Assembly (NCBI GenBank): GCA_045837725.1
Contig: JBEWZL010000213.1
Location: 62,001-126,000, forward strand
Length of the DNA: 64,000 nucleotides
Direction: 5' to 3'
DNA from: Vermamoeba vermiformis
Lineage: Eukaryota
The notes under the pieces: model-generated
What the model was told of the DNA's origin: nothing
Database searches by the model: none
What the model saw: only the letters and a program-made list of their open reading frames with translations
Position numbers and translations under genes: made by a program
Shown: positions 24,901-38,300 of the stretch, piece after piece
Layout: each line of letters begins with the position of its first letter
Numbering within the stretch: the first letter of the stretch is position 1

Positions 24901-27208
24901 CTACGTCAAGTGAAGCAACGACAGCACCAGAAAAACCTGTTGAAGCTGCACCAAGCCCTGCTGAGACGAGCGACGGTCCCAAACCAGAGCTCGAAAAGAC
25001 TGAAGAAAAGAAAGATGAACCCGCACAGGAGAAGCCCGAAGAACATAACCAGGAGCTTGTGCAAGAAAACAGCGAACCAAAGAAAGACGAGACCTTGCCA
25101 GAGAAGGCAGTGGAGTCCGTGCCTGAAAAGCCCGAGGACAAGAAAGATGATGTTGTCTCGCAGGAAAAGACACAAGAGCACGTGCCTGAAAAGATTGAGG
25201 ACAAGAAAAACGAAGTTGTAGCAGAAAAGATTGAGGACAAGAAAGAGGACGTACCAGCCAGTGAACAACAACAAAGTGAGTCAAAGCCCGCAGAAGTCAA
25301 GCCCAAGCCTGCTTCAGCAAAGGGCAGAAAGCCTAAGGCTGCCTCGACCACTGAAGAAAATCAACAGCCCAAAGGTGAAGGCCAAGAGTTCAAAGTCCTC
25401 GTCGTTGGCTTCACGCACTCATCTATTGACAACTTGATCGAAAAAATTCTCGAAATGGTCGGCGAGTTCGATAAAGTCAAGAAAGACAAGTCCGTTGATT
25501 TCAAACTGCCTGTCGCTCGTTTAGTCAAGCGCGACGCTGACACTTCAGACATGGTAAGTGACATTAACAAGCCCTTATATTCCACTTTATTAATGTTTTT
25601 ATGATCAGCCCGAGAGTGCCAACTTTGAGCTATTAAAGGCAGAAAATGCAGCGACGGTGTTAAGATGGCTCAACAACAATGTTCAGTGCGTGCTCGGTGG
25701 TACTGTTTGGGCCGTGAGAAAAGTCTTCAAAGAAAGATTTAATCAGCCTCCGAGGTACAATAATATAACACTCGATGAGCCTTATTCTAATCATATTGTA
25801 GGTTCCATATGGTCATTGTTGACGAGGCCTCGCAGATGTTACTTTCTGACGCGTATCATCCGTTACGCTACTTGCTCAAAGACGAAGGCCGCTTAATTCT
25901 TGCAGGAGACGACCAGCAATTGCCTCCCATTATCAACGGTACCATATTAATATACTATTATAATAGAAGTGGCTATAATAATAACGCGGTTTAGGTGAAT
26001 ATCCCGAGCTGCCGCCTTCCGAACCAGTCTTGTTCAGCTCAATTTTCAACGCGTTCAGACACAAAGACGTCAACCAAGAGTGCACGAGCATGTTGATCGA
26101 GAACTGGCGCATGAACCAGGTACGTAATTACATTGTAATTGTAAGTTGCAAGGAAAAACTAACGATCCATTTTTAGTCCCTGGTCGAGCTGCCTAGCAAC
26201 ACTATTTACAAGACCAATGATCCGAAGATGAAATATCACGCTGCTAATGATAAAATTGCCACGCAATCGTTCCCGTTGAAAAAGTAAGACCGAAATATTA
26301 TACCTGCGAATGACACCTACTTACGCATAATTTTTAGACTCAACGACGATCAGTTTTATTACATCTCTAAGGGCTTTGAAGCAACAGAGATGGTCTCTCA
26401 TCCATTATTGCGTCTATTTTTGGCTGGCGAGTCACCATTGGTCGTAGTCTTGTTGAAAGTTGATGCTTATTCGGAGATCGGAAATTTCCCGCACTCGGAT
26501 CTGATTGCTGCTTTTACTTCCGCCATCCGAAAGACATTCGATAAGGTACCTAAATATATTAATTGATTACTGTATGGGTATTAATTGTTTGTTAAGGCTG
26601 AGGGAACGAACGAAGATAATTTATGGCGTGAAAAACTTCACATTGTTGCACCACATCATATTCAACGCCAAGCTATTTTTAACGCAATCTACGGATCTAA
26701 GTACGTCCCACTCTCTTTCTAAATAAGGAAATCCTAAACTTACGGTTTTTGTCTTATTGTAGGAAATGGAACCAAGAGTGGCATAAGGAAGCTGAGCCAT
26801 TCATTGAAACAGTTGAAAAGACACAAGGCCGTGAAGTTGATTGCACGATTGTTGATTATGGATTGCTGAACACATCGCAGATCAAAAACGAATTGAGATT
26901 TATTTACAGCAGACCGAGATTGAACGTCTCGTTGACACGTGCCAAAAAGAAGTGTGTGGTCATTGTCTCGGATATTTTGTTGTCCGCAGCTATTGAGCAC
27001 ATCTTTGACAGCAAAGAGACGGAGCGTGGATTCACCCACTTCCAGGTACGCAAAAAAACTTTATTGGATTGTTTAGGACTAACATGTTATGTATTAGAAT
27101 CTGGTTGACTATGCTAAAACCAAAAACTCACTTTATTCCCTTGCACTTTCTGAATTGCCAGATACTATTGAAAGTCTACAGAAAGATCCATTCTTTAAAT
27201 CTGGATAA
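18976..27208 (+). CDS. Large PD-(D/E)xK (RecB/Cas4-like, Fe-S) nuclease - SF1B (DNA2/UPF1-like) helicase with WWE and CUE domains (many exons)
   Basis: Nuclease motifs: LSCDR, PDF...VVDAK...QVAMY, CSGCPYLPIC. Helicase motifs: WGPPGTGKT, FTHSSIDNL, VDEASQ, AGDDQQLPP, ENWRM, TVEKTQGRE, RLNVSLTRAK. Stop TAA at 27206-27208. Confidence 0.85.
22981..23464. mobile_element. Non-autonomous TIR DNA transposon (MITE-like, 484 bp) with 8-bp TSD, inserted in a coding exon
   Basis: Ends GGGTTCGTTACGA... and ...TCGTAACGGACCC (12/13 inverted match, with weaker similarity extending further in). Flanked by GCAACAAA at 22973-22980 and 23465-23472. No transposase ORF. Confidence 0.88.
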
Positions 27209-27370
27209 ATTTTAATCAGAACTTTCGACAAGAAACTCTGTAGAAAGTCATTCACAAATGCACAAACCTGCTGTCTAATGGCAACTTTGCTTAAATAAAA
27301 CTGTAACAAGTCAAAGAGCAACTAAAGTACTTTTAGAAAAGTATTGTGTAAGCAAATTTTACATGATTTT

Positions 27371-28337
27371 TTATTTATTGGGAACTGTCATTAATTTGAG
27401 CAGTGCTTCATAGTCAAGAGTTTCTTGGTCTTTGTTCTTTTTATAGTCAAGAAGCAGTTTTAAGACCTCCCAACGACAATGCTTTGCAGCAAACCAAGTT
27501 GGTTTCTTGTCTTTATATCTTTCAGGTAATTCTGGGGAAAGTCCTGATTTCAACAAAAGCTTGACACAGTGATATTGTCCAAAAACGACAGATGGATGAA
27601 AGATTTCACCATTAGTGTGGAATTCAGTGATGTTAGGCCACTTCTTCAATAAAAGCTTGAGAATGTGATATCGTTCAAATTCTGCTGCAAAGGCCACAAT
27701 TTTGTAATTTGGTGTAACATGTTTCATTAGTTTTTTTACCAGGTGATACTGACTGTACTTAATTGCTTTTGTGAGCCATAGTTGATAAAAACTTTCCTCA
27801 ATAATTGTCTGCTTTTGCTTGATTGCATATGTCACAAAATGATATTTTCCACACGCAATTCCTCTCTTAATTAATTTGTAAAATTGTTGGCTATCTAATG
27901 TGACTTTGTTAAGCATCAATTGGAAAACATGAAAATGATCTGCCATCATGCACTCCATTAATGCTTCGTACCCATTGGCAGCCAAGTCAACACGTGGATC
28001 ACGCACAAGTAGTTGTGCAGTTCGTAAAAAACCAAATTTGCATGCTCTAATGAGTGGCTCATCATTGTTGTACGCAGGATCAATTCTTGGATCGTCCAAA
28101 AGTATGGGGAAACTGGTTGCAAAACAGCTTCTTGAGACCAAAATCCAATTGCGAGGAAAATATGAAGCAATTTTGAAAATCATTTCCCAAGGAATAATTG
28201 GACTATTTTCATCTATACATTCAAGCTGGCTAATCTAGATTAATAGATTAAGTTGTGAATTAGTGCTATATAATAAATTATACTGTAGTCTCCACGAATA
28301 CCTCGATGTCGTATTTTGCACGCTTAATCGTTCTCAT
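27371..28337 (-). CDS. F-box-like + ankyrin-repeat protein
   Basis: Short first exon MRTIKRAKYDIE, then IPWEMIFKIASYF (F-box-like) and ankyrin-type repeats LLDDPRIDPAYNNDEPLIRACKFG and LVRDPRVDLAANGYEAL. Confidence 0.7.
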
Positions 28338-28786
28338 ATTTTCTTCATTTTCGTCAATTTTTCTTTTCATTGTGATTGATTATGTAATAAGGTCCTAAAA
28401 TAAGGGCACGATCATTATATAGTTGCTATATTTTCGAGGGTATTATTGCAGGAAAATAAATATTTGAAAATCTAATTTAATAAATAATTCTCGATTACAA
28501 ATTTAACTGTCCTAACATTACAATGCGTACATGATGTTAAGCTAAAAAATAAATTTGGTTGAGCACGAATAAAATAAATTGAGAGATGAGAATAATAGTG
28601 TTGAATGAATTTAATGAATATCTTGTAAGCCGTTATTTAATCTACAGAAATTCTCGGTATTTACCTTTAGTCTATTTGGGGGTGGTAAACGTGATCTATG
28701 CTTGAGTCAAATTCGTTCGCAAGATTCTGAAATGATTTTCACTATAAAAATCTTTTACATAACAAAATAACAAACACGCGACTATA

Positions 28787-29520
28787 ATGAGCGACTTTAC
28801 TGAATACGAATTAGCCGAGTACAAGGATGCGTTCAGCCTCTTTGATGCTAATCACGATGGCGACTTGAATTCGAAAGAACTGACGCAATTAATGCGCGGT
28901 GTTGGATTTTATAACTTTTCAGACGGCGATTCAACGAAGTTCATGAAAGAAGCTGGATTTAACAACGATCGCGTTGATTTTAATGGATTCCTTCAAATAA
29001 TTTCTAAATTTGTAGAAAAGAAGAAGGTAAGCTTAATATATGTACTCCAATCGTATTCTAATAATATTAGCTCTTATCCTATTATTTTAAAAAATTGTTA
29101 GATTTTTTAATGAGAATCTTTTTTGATATTGAATTGACGATGAATCAAAATCGATATAATTAGTCGTAATATCATGCCTATTTCTTAATTAATATAATTA
29201 CCGCGAGATAAGCCTTGATATTAATTTCTTTTTGAAATTTCTTAGGCTGGATCTGAAGACGAGTTAATGGCTGCCTTTGAACTGTTCGACAAAGATCATA
29301 AGGGAGTCGTTAGCGTGGGTGAAATGCGTCACGTGCTCACTACTCTTGGCTTGAAACTCTCCGAAGACGAAGGCGAAGAATTTGTTCGAGATGCAGGTAA
29401 GCTAGATTCAAATCTGCTTTTGTGGGCTGATTAAGGTTACTAAATTGTATTATAGATGTTGGAGGTCATGGCCAAATTAAGTATCACGAGTTTGTTAAGA
29501 TGATGCTCTATTCTAAATAG
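28787..29520 (+). CDS. Calmodulin-like / myosin light chain EF-hand protein (3 exons)
   Basis: EYKDAFSLFDANHDGDLNSKEL...AFELFDKDHKGVVSVGEMRHVLTTLGLKLSEDE...GQIKYHEFVKMM. Divergent from canonical calmodulin. Confidence 0.88.
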
Positions 29521-29871
29521 AACTGTTGTATTATTAGGTAAACGACTGGATCTCGCATCCAGGATTTTTATTTGAATTATCGAATTTATAGTAACGATCC
29601 TCGCGCACCATTTATATAATATTCATATTGATCGGACGAACCACGTTTCGTTTCAATTTCAATTTCAGAAAAGATCCGCCAAACCAAAATAATTACTCAG
29701 CCAGGCCTATTCTTTGGTATTTTAAATGTATAAGGTAATATTAATATCTATATATTCTATGGAACGGCTCCAAGTCAATTTGCCGTTCACTGAACGAAGT
29801 CGTTACAACGCGACAAAAAAGTTTGTTTTTTAGTTACTTTTAAGTTCAAAATTGTGTTTATAGCACCACAA

Positions 29872-31223
29872 ATGAGCGACAATATGCTAAACTATCAAGA
29901 TGAGCTGAAGAAGCTCGAATCTGAAAGTAAGCAAAGCCTTTAATGTGGATGGATCAACCGAGCTAATTTTTTTTTTTCTTTAGTTGGCGGTCTAAAAGAA
30001 AATGTTCAATTTGCGAGCTCTAATGGAGAGTCAGGTAAGCTATTTTAGCGATTTGATTTCAAATTAATCCTTTTTCAAAAATGACTTTTTATGGATACGA
30101 CAGGTGCCAAACCTTAAATTATTTTAATTCGTCCGCAAGGGCATTCCATGCTTGAAAATATATTTAATATGGCCCAAATTACCTATTCTATTTTTACAAA
30201 TTGTTTGCCACGTTTTCTCAATTTTTATTTTTTATGCCGGATTTAGCTCCAAAGGATTCGGTTGCTCAACCTCGAAATTTGGACTCTAATAAAGAAAACC
30301 TGAACGAAAATGCCTCGAGCAAGCCCAAGCAACAAAAGAAAGAGCCGCCAAAGCCATCCATGCCTAAATCCGGTGTTATGCGAACTTCAGTTTTGCGAGA
30401 CAGCGGTAATTTCTTATAGAAGTCGTAATTATAGCAGTTGATACTAATACTATCATAACTATTAGGCGATCTTTTGCGCGCGACAAACGCCGAACTTGCC
30501 TCTCGTCCGTACTTCAAGATCTTCAAGCCACAAGTCTACGGCACCGAGAACTACGAGCCATATAAGAACATTAAGGCCGAAGTCACTGGCATGGGTCGCT
30601 ACGAACGCCTAGCTGTCGATGGAACCATCGGACCTGCGACACATCCGCAATTCGACATGGTGGATGTGATTCACCACGCGGACAAAAACATCTTGCCGCG
30701 ACTTAAGCTCGTTCAATCGTGGGTCTCTAATATCACTATCGACTCGCCTACTGCTCATCGCGAGTGGCTCAAGCGGGACGATGGAACTGGTACCAAGGCG
30801 CAGAAGGCCAAACTCAACAACTTGCTGCGTGCGCTATTTGAACTCGAGAGCCAAGTCACCTTTTTCTTCCACAAGTACCCCGCCCTCAACGCGCAGAAGA
30901 TCAAGTTCCTCAAGGCAAGCATGTTGGCGTCTATTACATCGTCATACAAAGTGCCGAAGAGCATCGTCGTGCCGTTGTTCGCCAAACTGCGCCCACTCTT
31001 AGTGAACGTCAATCTGCTCTGGGACAACAACAGCTTTCAATGCATTCACGTGCCGGATCAGACACACGACGATGACAGCTTTGACGAAGATGTCAAGAAC
31101 GAGGGTCCTGCTGGTCGTCCTGCCAACGCCGTTGTGTTGACGCCCGAGCAAATGCTGGGCATGTTATTTGCTGCGTTGTTCAACGGCGTTAAGCCAGCTC
31201 CAACAAACACTGGCAAGAAGTAG
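29872..31223 (+). CDS. Hypothetical protein (multi-exon)
   Basis: ATG at 29872, GT-AG introns, and a long final exon (ORF 30474-31223) with coding-like codon usage. No family recognised. Confidence 0.6.
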
Positions 31224-31411
31224 ACGAAATTTTGTGATCTCGGCAAACTGTAAATCTCGCGAGTGAAGTGAAGTGCGTCTGTTAGCTATTGATATTGTTT
31301 GTGAATAAAATTGACTCGTACTACTATGGTGATATTCGCTAAATTTATCTGAGTCTTTTCTAAAACAAAACTGATCAGATGTGCAATAGCGCTCGGGCTG
31401 ATAAGGGCAGC

Positions 31412-33073
31412 TTAGTACAAAGGAATACCAGCATCAGCTTCGTCTTCAATGCCGCACTCATCAACACCACGGAGGATCTTGAAGAAACCTTTGTCACCCC
31501 AGTGAGGGTTCCACGAGTTCGCGACCAACCAGTACTTTTGACCATTCTCAACACCAAAGCCGATGATCTACAGCATATATAAGCATATATATTAAGACTA
31601 CTAGGGACCTATAGTGTATCTATATTATTTTAAATACCATACCTTGACGGCGTGTCCACCGACAGCGTCACCAGTGGTGTGTTGGTAAACACCACTCTTG
31701 TAAGTCAAGAAGTCTTCGTAGCTGCAAACAAGGACATTAGCGCCATTCAATATCATAGTAGTGCCATTGCAATACTTACACAGTGAAGGCAACCTCGACG
31801 GGGCCGTTCTTGTAAACTTCTTGCAAAATGTCAGCCTCGCCGGACAATGAGTAAGCGGTCGAGCCCTTGTGCAAGTCCTTGTTGTAAGTCAAACCGTTCT
31901 TGCAGGCACCAACATTGCAGTTAGGAGTATCTACAAGACATTGTAAGTAAGTACTGCGCGCAAACAAGTAGTAGTATTAGAAAGGCAATATCGATAATAA
32001 AATTATTATAATGTATAGGACGCGTACTGTATTCAGTAGAAGGGCAAGGGTTCTTGGATCCGGGAATGTGGTGGTCGCAGCTGGGGAAAGGATAAGGTTG
32101 GCACTAACAAAATTATTGCAATGTTAGTATTATCGGTGTATTTTTAATAGGCGATTAGCTTACTTGCTCAGTCACGATGCCAGTTTCAACCCAGTATCTG
32201 CAAAAAAAAAGTTAATATCGCAGCCATCGGCGATTATAATCGTATAATATGATAGTCCATATTGCACGAATACTTACTGCCAAGCAGCAGAAGCTGTAAT
32301 AAAAAAAACGTTAGTAAAGCAGATTCGATATTGCTTTAATAATCTAACGACGTCAAATATTCTTAGATATTATTTACTTTAATTATTTGATGTAAGCAGC
32401 GAAAATCAAACCAACTTTCAATTTAACAAAAGGATATTTGTGAGTCGATCTTTCAAATTGAGTTACTTACGGAAACCGCCGCCGCATCCATAACCGCAAG
32501 AATCGCAGCAAGCAAGCAAGTTGTCGGAGCTGATAGTCAAATTGACCTTCTGCAAGAAGATGCAGTAACGATCAGAAATAGCTTCGACGGCAGCAAAAGC
32601 CCAGCAGCTTCCGCAAGCAGATTGATCGCGAACTTGCTTGATAGTATCGCATTGGGGCTGTTAAAATATTATAATCAATAAAATAGGTAAGAAAATCGTG
32701 CTCAAATCCGTATCTGCATCTTCTTTTTCCTTACCCATTGTTGGCGAGCATCGAAATTTGTGGGCAAATTTTGGATTCTAGAATCGTAGGTCAAACGAGG
32801 AAGCTTAGGGCCACCCTTAAGAGCTCCAATGAAAGCTTTCATTTGGCTGCGGGTCACGCGCTCCATTCCTCCCTGATCGAGAGAAGCAGTCCAAGAAGAT
32901 TGAACGGAGTTAATATGGTCTACCATCTCTTGGGAGACGATAGGGCGATCGAGCTTCGAAACGGCCAAGACCTAATACAAAACCATGCATCAGATTTGTG
33001 TGTACGTTAAAACGTAGATGTTTACCGCAACGACACCGCATAAAAGCGCGACGACGAGAGTAGTTGTCTTCAT
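31412..33073 (-). CDS. ctsB: Cathepsin B-like papain-family cysteine protease
   Basis: Signal peptide, [25 protein letters not shown], occluding loop CDHH, GGHAVKI and [23 protein letters not shown]. Includes a 16-nt micro-exon at ~32278-32293. Confidence 0.95.
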
Positions 33074-33346
33074 GTTGGAAGAGAATGTTCAAACTCACCC
33101 GCCTCCGCGCAAAAATGTGCCAGCCCGCCTCCGCACAAAAATGAATTTTCGAAAGAAAAGTTCGCATAGTTATAACGATTTAAACTGGATCTGGAAAATA
33201 TCAAGTGGCTAGCTTGAACGTTGATTATATAAGTAACGAATATAATTGATCTTGCGGTAATCGTTTAGATTTTGGAACTGGCGGGATCTCGAACCAAATA
33301 TTTGGTGCAGGTCTACTACTAAAGGCAGAAGATAAAGATCGAATGT

Positions 33347-35197
33347 TTATTCACTTGCTAAATTATTTTTGGCACTTGACAAGAATAATTCAAAATAATC
33401 CATTCGTGCATCCACGTACATAATAATTTCTTGCCAAACTTCAATAGGCAACACTCGTGACCAACGACTGCGCGCCAATATCATAACGTTCATTTTCATC
33501 CTCCAAATTCTTTTTTTGGCGTTTTGTTTGTTGCGCTGGTTCAACATTAAAATTTTGTCTCTCATTGCTCGATGGATCGGGGTTAATTTTTGACCTGACG
33601 GCCAATTCGAGTCATTAGCGAATGAAATATACGGATTTGCTGTCAATAATTCGTGAAAAGCTTCAATCTTGCAGATTATGGGACCTAAACCAATTGTCGT
33701 CAAAGTTTTGTTGTTTTTTAATACTTTCAACAGATCTTCATTGTTGTTGTAACCGTACACTTCGATATCTCCAGTACAAGCGAACTCTTCTAAAGTGCTG
33801 TTCGTTTCTATCATTTCGCATAACCTATCGAATTCTGTCTGACCGAACATCATTTTGCTCTGATCAGCCACAAATCTTTTTAACGTTTTGTTCATCATCA
33901 ATTGCACAAGAAGTTCTGCAAGTATATGCTCGCCCAAATTTTTACGTAGCGTGACTGACATGATCCTTGTATTTTCGTTCAATACGGCAAATAAGTCGTT
34001 GATATGTTCAATGCTGGTAGAATTGTCGTATTTTAATGGATGTAAAACGCTGTGCTGGGTGATGGTAAGAGCTGAAATGTCGGCTGTTTTCAAATGTTCA
34101 ATATCGTACGTGGTACTCACTAAATTATTGACTCGGAATATATTCGTCAGACTGCTGTCATATGAGCTCACTTTTAATACATTGAGTCGTTTTTTGGTTA
34201 TTTCGCCGACAATTGACAGATCGACTTTAGCTTCTGGTCTTATTTCGTCTATATCCAGTGTTTGGACCGTATTATTGCTTAATAGTGCTTTGCAAATCAT
34301 AGAAAAGCACGTGCTGTCCATTTTGCACTCGCTCAGACGTAAAGAGGTAATGCTGGAATTTTGCGCGATCAGGTCTGCCAAATCTGGTGCGAATTTTGCT
34401 GGGATATCGCTCTTGGCTAAGCTTAAAGTATGTAGTTTGCTATTGTTCTTCAATGCCTCGAATAATGGCTCGCATTCGTCTCCGTAGACAGGGATCTCTA
34501 AATGCTGGAGTTGTTGAATGTTTCTAAATTTGGCCAGGTTGTTCAGGTTGCCTCTGTCGCCCGAGCGATTTATGCGCATGTCTACTATCATTGCGCCACT
34601 ACTTAAGTTACAGAGCAGTTCGTCCAGTACCGTTGACTCGATCTTGACATCCAGATGCGTAATGTTTTTAACAGTGTTGAGCCCTTGGAGAAGCTTCAAC
34701 GAAGTTCCTTTATAAGGCGTTGTTATTTGAAATTTAATTCCAGGGCTGGACATTATTTCTCGAAGGTGAAGGGCCGCATCTTCCAAGAAGTGGATTGTGT
34801 TACCGGGGCCGTCTTTGATTAATATAGTTTCTACGGTATTTGTATTTTTCAATGCATCGCTAAGTGCTTTGAGAATCGCAGGGCGGAAATTAGTTACATT
34901 GATTTGTTTGTGGTTTTTGATTTTTGTTTGAATCTCAGCCGCATCTCTGTCTCTCAACTCGCTATGTAAATTAAAAATTTCGATTTTGTTATTTGATAAT
35001 TTATTGGTTGATTTTTTCGATTTTGGTGGTTGTTTGTTGCTGATGTTGTCTACCTAAAACTTAGTTAAAAACTCGTCCCTTTTTACAAGAAATAATTCTA
35101 ATTACTAAGTAATTAGTAATTATGATCCACTTACATCGTCGTTGTCATCCTTCTCTTCTAGGGCCTGAAAATAATTTTGCAATTTTTTCTGACTCAT
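33347..35197 (-). CDS. RNI-like leucine-rich-repeat protein with C-terminal F-box-like motif
   Basis: Repeats ALKNNSKLHTLSL, QNSSITSLRL, NNTVQTLDI, NKTLTTIGL and C-terminal LPIEVWQEIIMY. First exon MSQKKLQNYF...NDD is spliced in phase 0. Confidence 0.8.
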
Positions 35198-35366
35198 TTC
35201 AATGCGCACCAACTAAGGTATATGACGGTGCTACTTCGTTGAGTTGTTACAAGCAAGATCATATTACAGCAGATTTCGTTCTTGAGATTTACGGGACCGG
35301 TTGTGTCACAAAAAAGCTAGTTTAAGAATGACGTGGTAGAGGCGTCTATGAACTAGATCCGTTTAT

Positions 35367-38300
35367 TTACGCTCGAGCTACAACATACAGGGCCTTAGAG
35401 TCCTTAGTTACAGTTTTCATGTCTTTGCCTAAGAACTCGACGTTGTTCAACTCCCATCCGGATTCGACGAAACTTTTCTTGAAGTCATCAACAGAGAACA
35501 TACCAAACTTGTTCAAATCGAATAATTTTGATATTTTAACGTCCACTCCGTACGTCACAATCGTGCTGCTTTGTGAATGAGACAGTACATTGTTGTCGTC
35601 AATGTGATTGAACTCCTTAACTTCAACCTAGAACATATATAATCAGAAAATACAGTAATATTATAATATAAACTAAAGTTATAAGGTAATTTGTTATTTT
35701 TGGTGTGGATCTGTACCTGGTGGATGCCGTCGATCTCATAATTAAAAGTTCGGCTGTTATTATATTGATCGCGTTGTTCGTGGATATAATTAGGTGTGTT
35801 AAATATAAGCACACCGCCGACCCTTAATTTGCTTCTAATGGCTCCCAATGTCTTCGTCAATCCTTCAACCGTCATCGCATAATTAATGGCTTGTCTAATC
35901 ACACATGCATCGTAATTTTGGTTAGGAATATTCGCCAAATCTTGCATTTTCGTTTGAATAGTCGTAAACTTGCCCCTAATATTGAGTTAGTCTTTTAAGG
36001 AAATTTTTTGGATTCGGATGTGGATCTTACGAAGGGTTCAAACTTTGAACTTTAGCAGACGCTACTTGAAGCATTTGAGCACTTTGATCGGCAAGTGTTA
36101 TACTCTTAAATCCATTGGATAACAATGACGCCGACACATCGCCTGTACCGCACGCCAGATCCAAAATATTGGCCCCTCTATTCTCCACTTTATGCGATAC
36201 TAACTGCACAAAATCAGGTGCAAATTGGAATCTCCTACAAAACATGATATTAATACTAAGATTTATGAGTATGAGGTGCCTAGACTTACTTATAAATTAC
36301 GTCGTATTTTTCGGGGAATTTGAAGTACGAATGCTCAACGCCAATTACTTCCATAACTTCGTTCATATCTTGACCTACGACAATAATACCATGATCTAAT
36401 ATTACCATGTTAATCATAACATTTTTAAGACTGACTGGTGGATCCGACGTACCTAACAATTCTACGATCTTTTGGTCCTTCGAGAAATAGAACATGACTT
36501 CATCAACATCTTCTTGCGTGCCAGGCGAATAGTCAATTTCAGTCTTATTGTCACATCCAGGGAATATATGCGCGTGTACGATCAAATTGACGTCTTTTCT
36601 CGTGTCGAAAATCTTCGCTGCGAGGTTGGCATTTAACGACGCTTTTTTGCCCTCAGTAGAATGAGTATTCAATACTCGTGCGTTGAAATCTACTGAAGAC
36701 ACGTAGACCACGTCAGTATGAGGAATCAATCGCTTATTGCTGCCACGTGCTGTGATGAAAAATCCTTTGTTTTCGGGGGTACGCATCGCTACGAATCCGA
36801 AATGATGTTCTTCGTTGTTTTCGAAATAGGAATGGAACAGACCATATTTAAAGCCCGTCTTAATGTGTTCTACCATCTTGTTGATTGGTTCTGAATATGT
36901 CTGCAAATATTCCTTATCGTCATGTACGACAGTTTTGTAATGTCGTCTTAAAAATTATATATTAATATTAGCGTTAAATATAATAATAAGGATGTTACCT
37001 TGACATTCTATGTTCGATTTGAGGCACTAATTGCTCGGCTAAGTTATTTGTAGGGAACAATCCTTTTTCTGGAGTAATAACCAATTTAAATTTTCGTTTT
37101 TTGTCCTCGACGAATCCGCACGCCACCGTCAAATTGCAATGATTCTTAATACCTTATACATCGTCATATATTAGTATAAATATGCTATGATTTTATTGTT
37201 CGTACCGTAGGCGTAGGCCTCGTCTACCAGCTCAGTGAACGATTTGTAACTCTTGAACGGCGAAAATCCGACGAGGAATGTCGTTGGACTCCATTTCTTG
37301 GATTTTTGGAGCAAAGAAGGAAGCTGTTTAACCGAATCATCTAAAACTAAAGTTAAACTTGCGGTCCATCTGGATGTGGATCTTACTTTCGACGAACAAG
37401 AGGTTGTTAGGTATGACGACGACGTCTGCTGTCTTATTTTGCAACAATTCTTGCGTTAGCTTCTCGTACTCTTCAATCGTTGTAAAGTGATGACCGCATG
37501 CTCGATCCGAGACAAGATGACCTCGTTGGGAAATCGTGTGAACCTCATGTCCTTGTTCAATCAAAGCAATAACAAGCTCTATATAAATCCTGCTATTAGT
37601 ATTACATCTATGAATAAAGTATGAGGCAGCCTTACTTTGTTGAACTTTCGTTGCTTTCAGGCCAAAAGGCAACTCTGTAGCACCGCACAATACGAGCACT
37701 TTCATTTGATTTTTTGACAGTGATTTCTTCTCGACAGTCACAACTTATGTTAGAAGTGTCAGTAGGATATGATACTACGATTATGAAATATTGGCTTCAC
37801 AAACCGTACCTTCGGAGGTTATTCCGATCTTTTTGCAAACGGCAGCTAACCGTTCCAAGCCTTCAACTAACTTCTTATCTTCGTTTAATACGAAATTAAT
37901 TCTGCTGTCAAACACCGGCAGTTGTTCGAGATAATGAAATTGATTGCCTTCAAGTTCCAAATTAAAATTTTCTTTCGCTTCCTTAAATAGCAAGTCCATT
38001 TGCTCTTTCGTGATCTTCTTGAATACTATATTTAGAAATACTCCGCCTTCAGGCACAGACCAGTCAATTATTCCGTTTTGTTTCGCTTGACTGAACAAAG
38101 TCTCCAAAGTTTTCAACGCCAAATCTCGCTTTGCTCGCATAAAACTTCTTAAATCTTGCAATATTAAATCTCGATGATTATTAAATACTTCAATGCACGT
38201 TTGTTGGCTCAGAGTTGAGGTAAATAAATCGTTCGTAATCTTCAATGAATGTAGTCGTCGATTTGCAATTAATTTTGTTCCAATAATGTATCCTATTCTT

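Noticed and set aside
28787-29520. Calling this gene canonical calmodulin
   Set aside because: EF-hand loops 2 and 4 are degenerate and the sequence is far from the highly conserved CaM, so it is left as calmodulin-like.
37590-37635. Possible intron (GTAAGG...TAGCAG) inside the CoaB-like domain
   Set aside because: Splice phases are incompatible and the frame is already open through it, so it was treated as exon.
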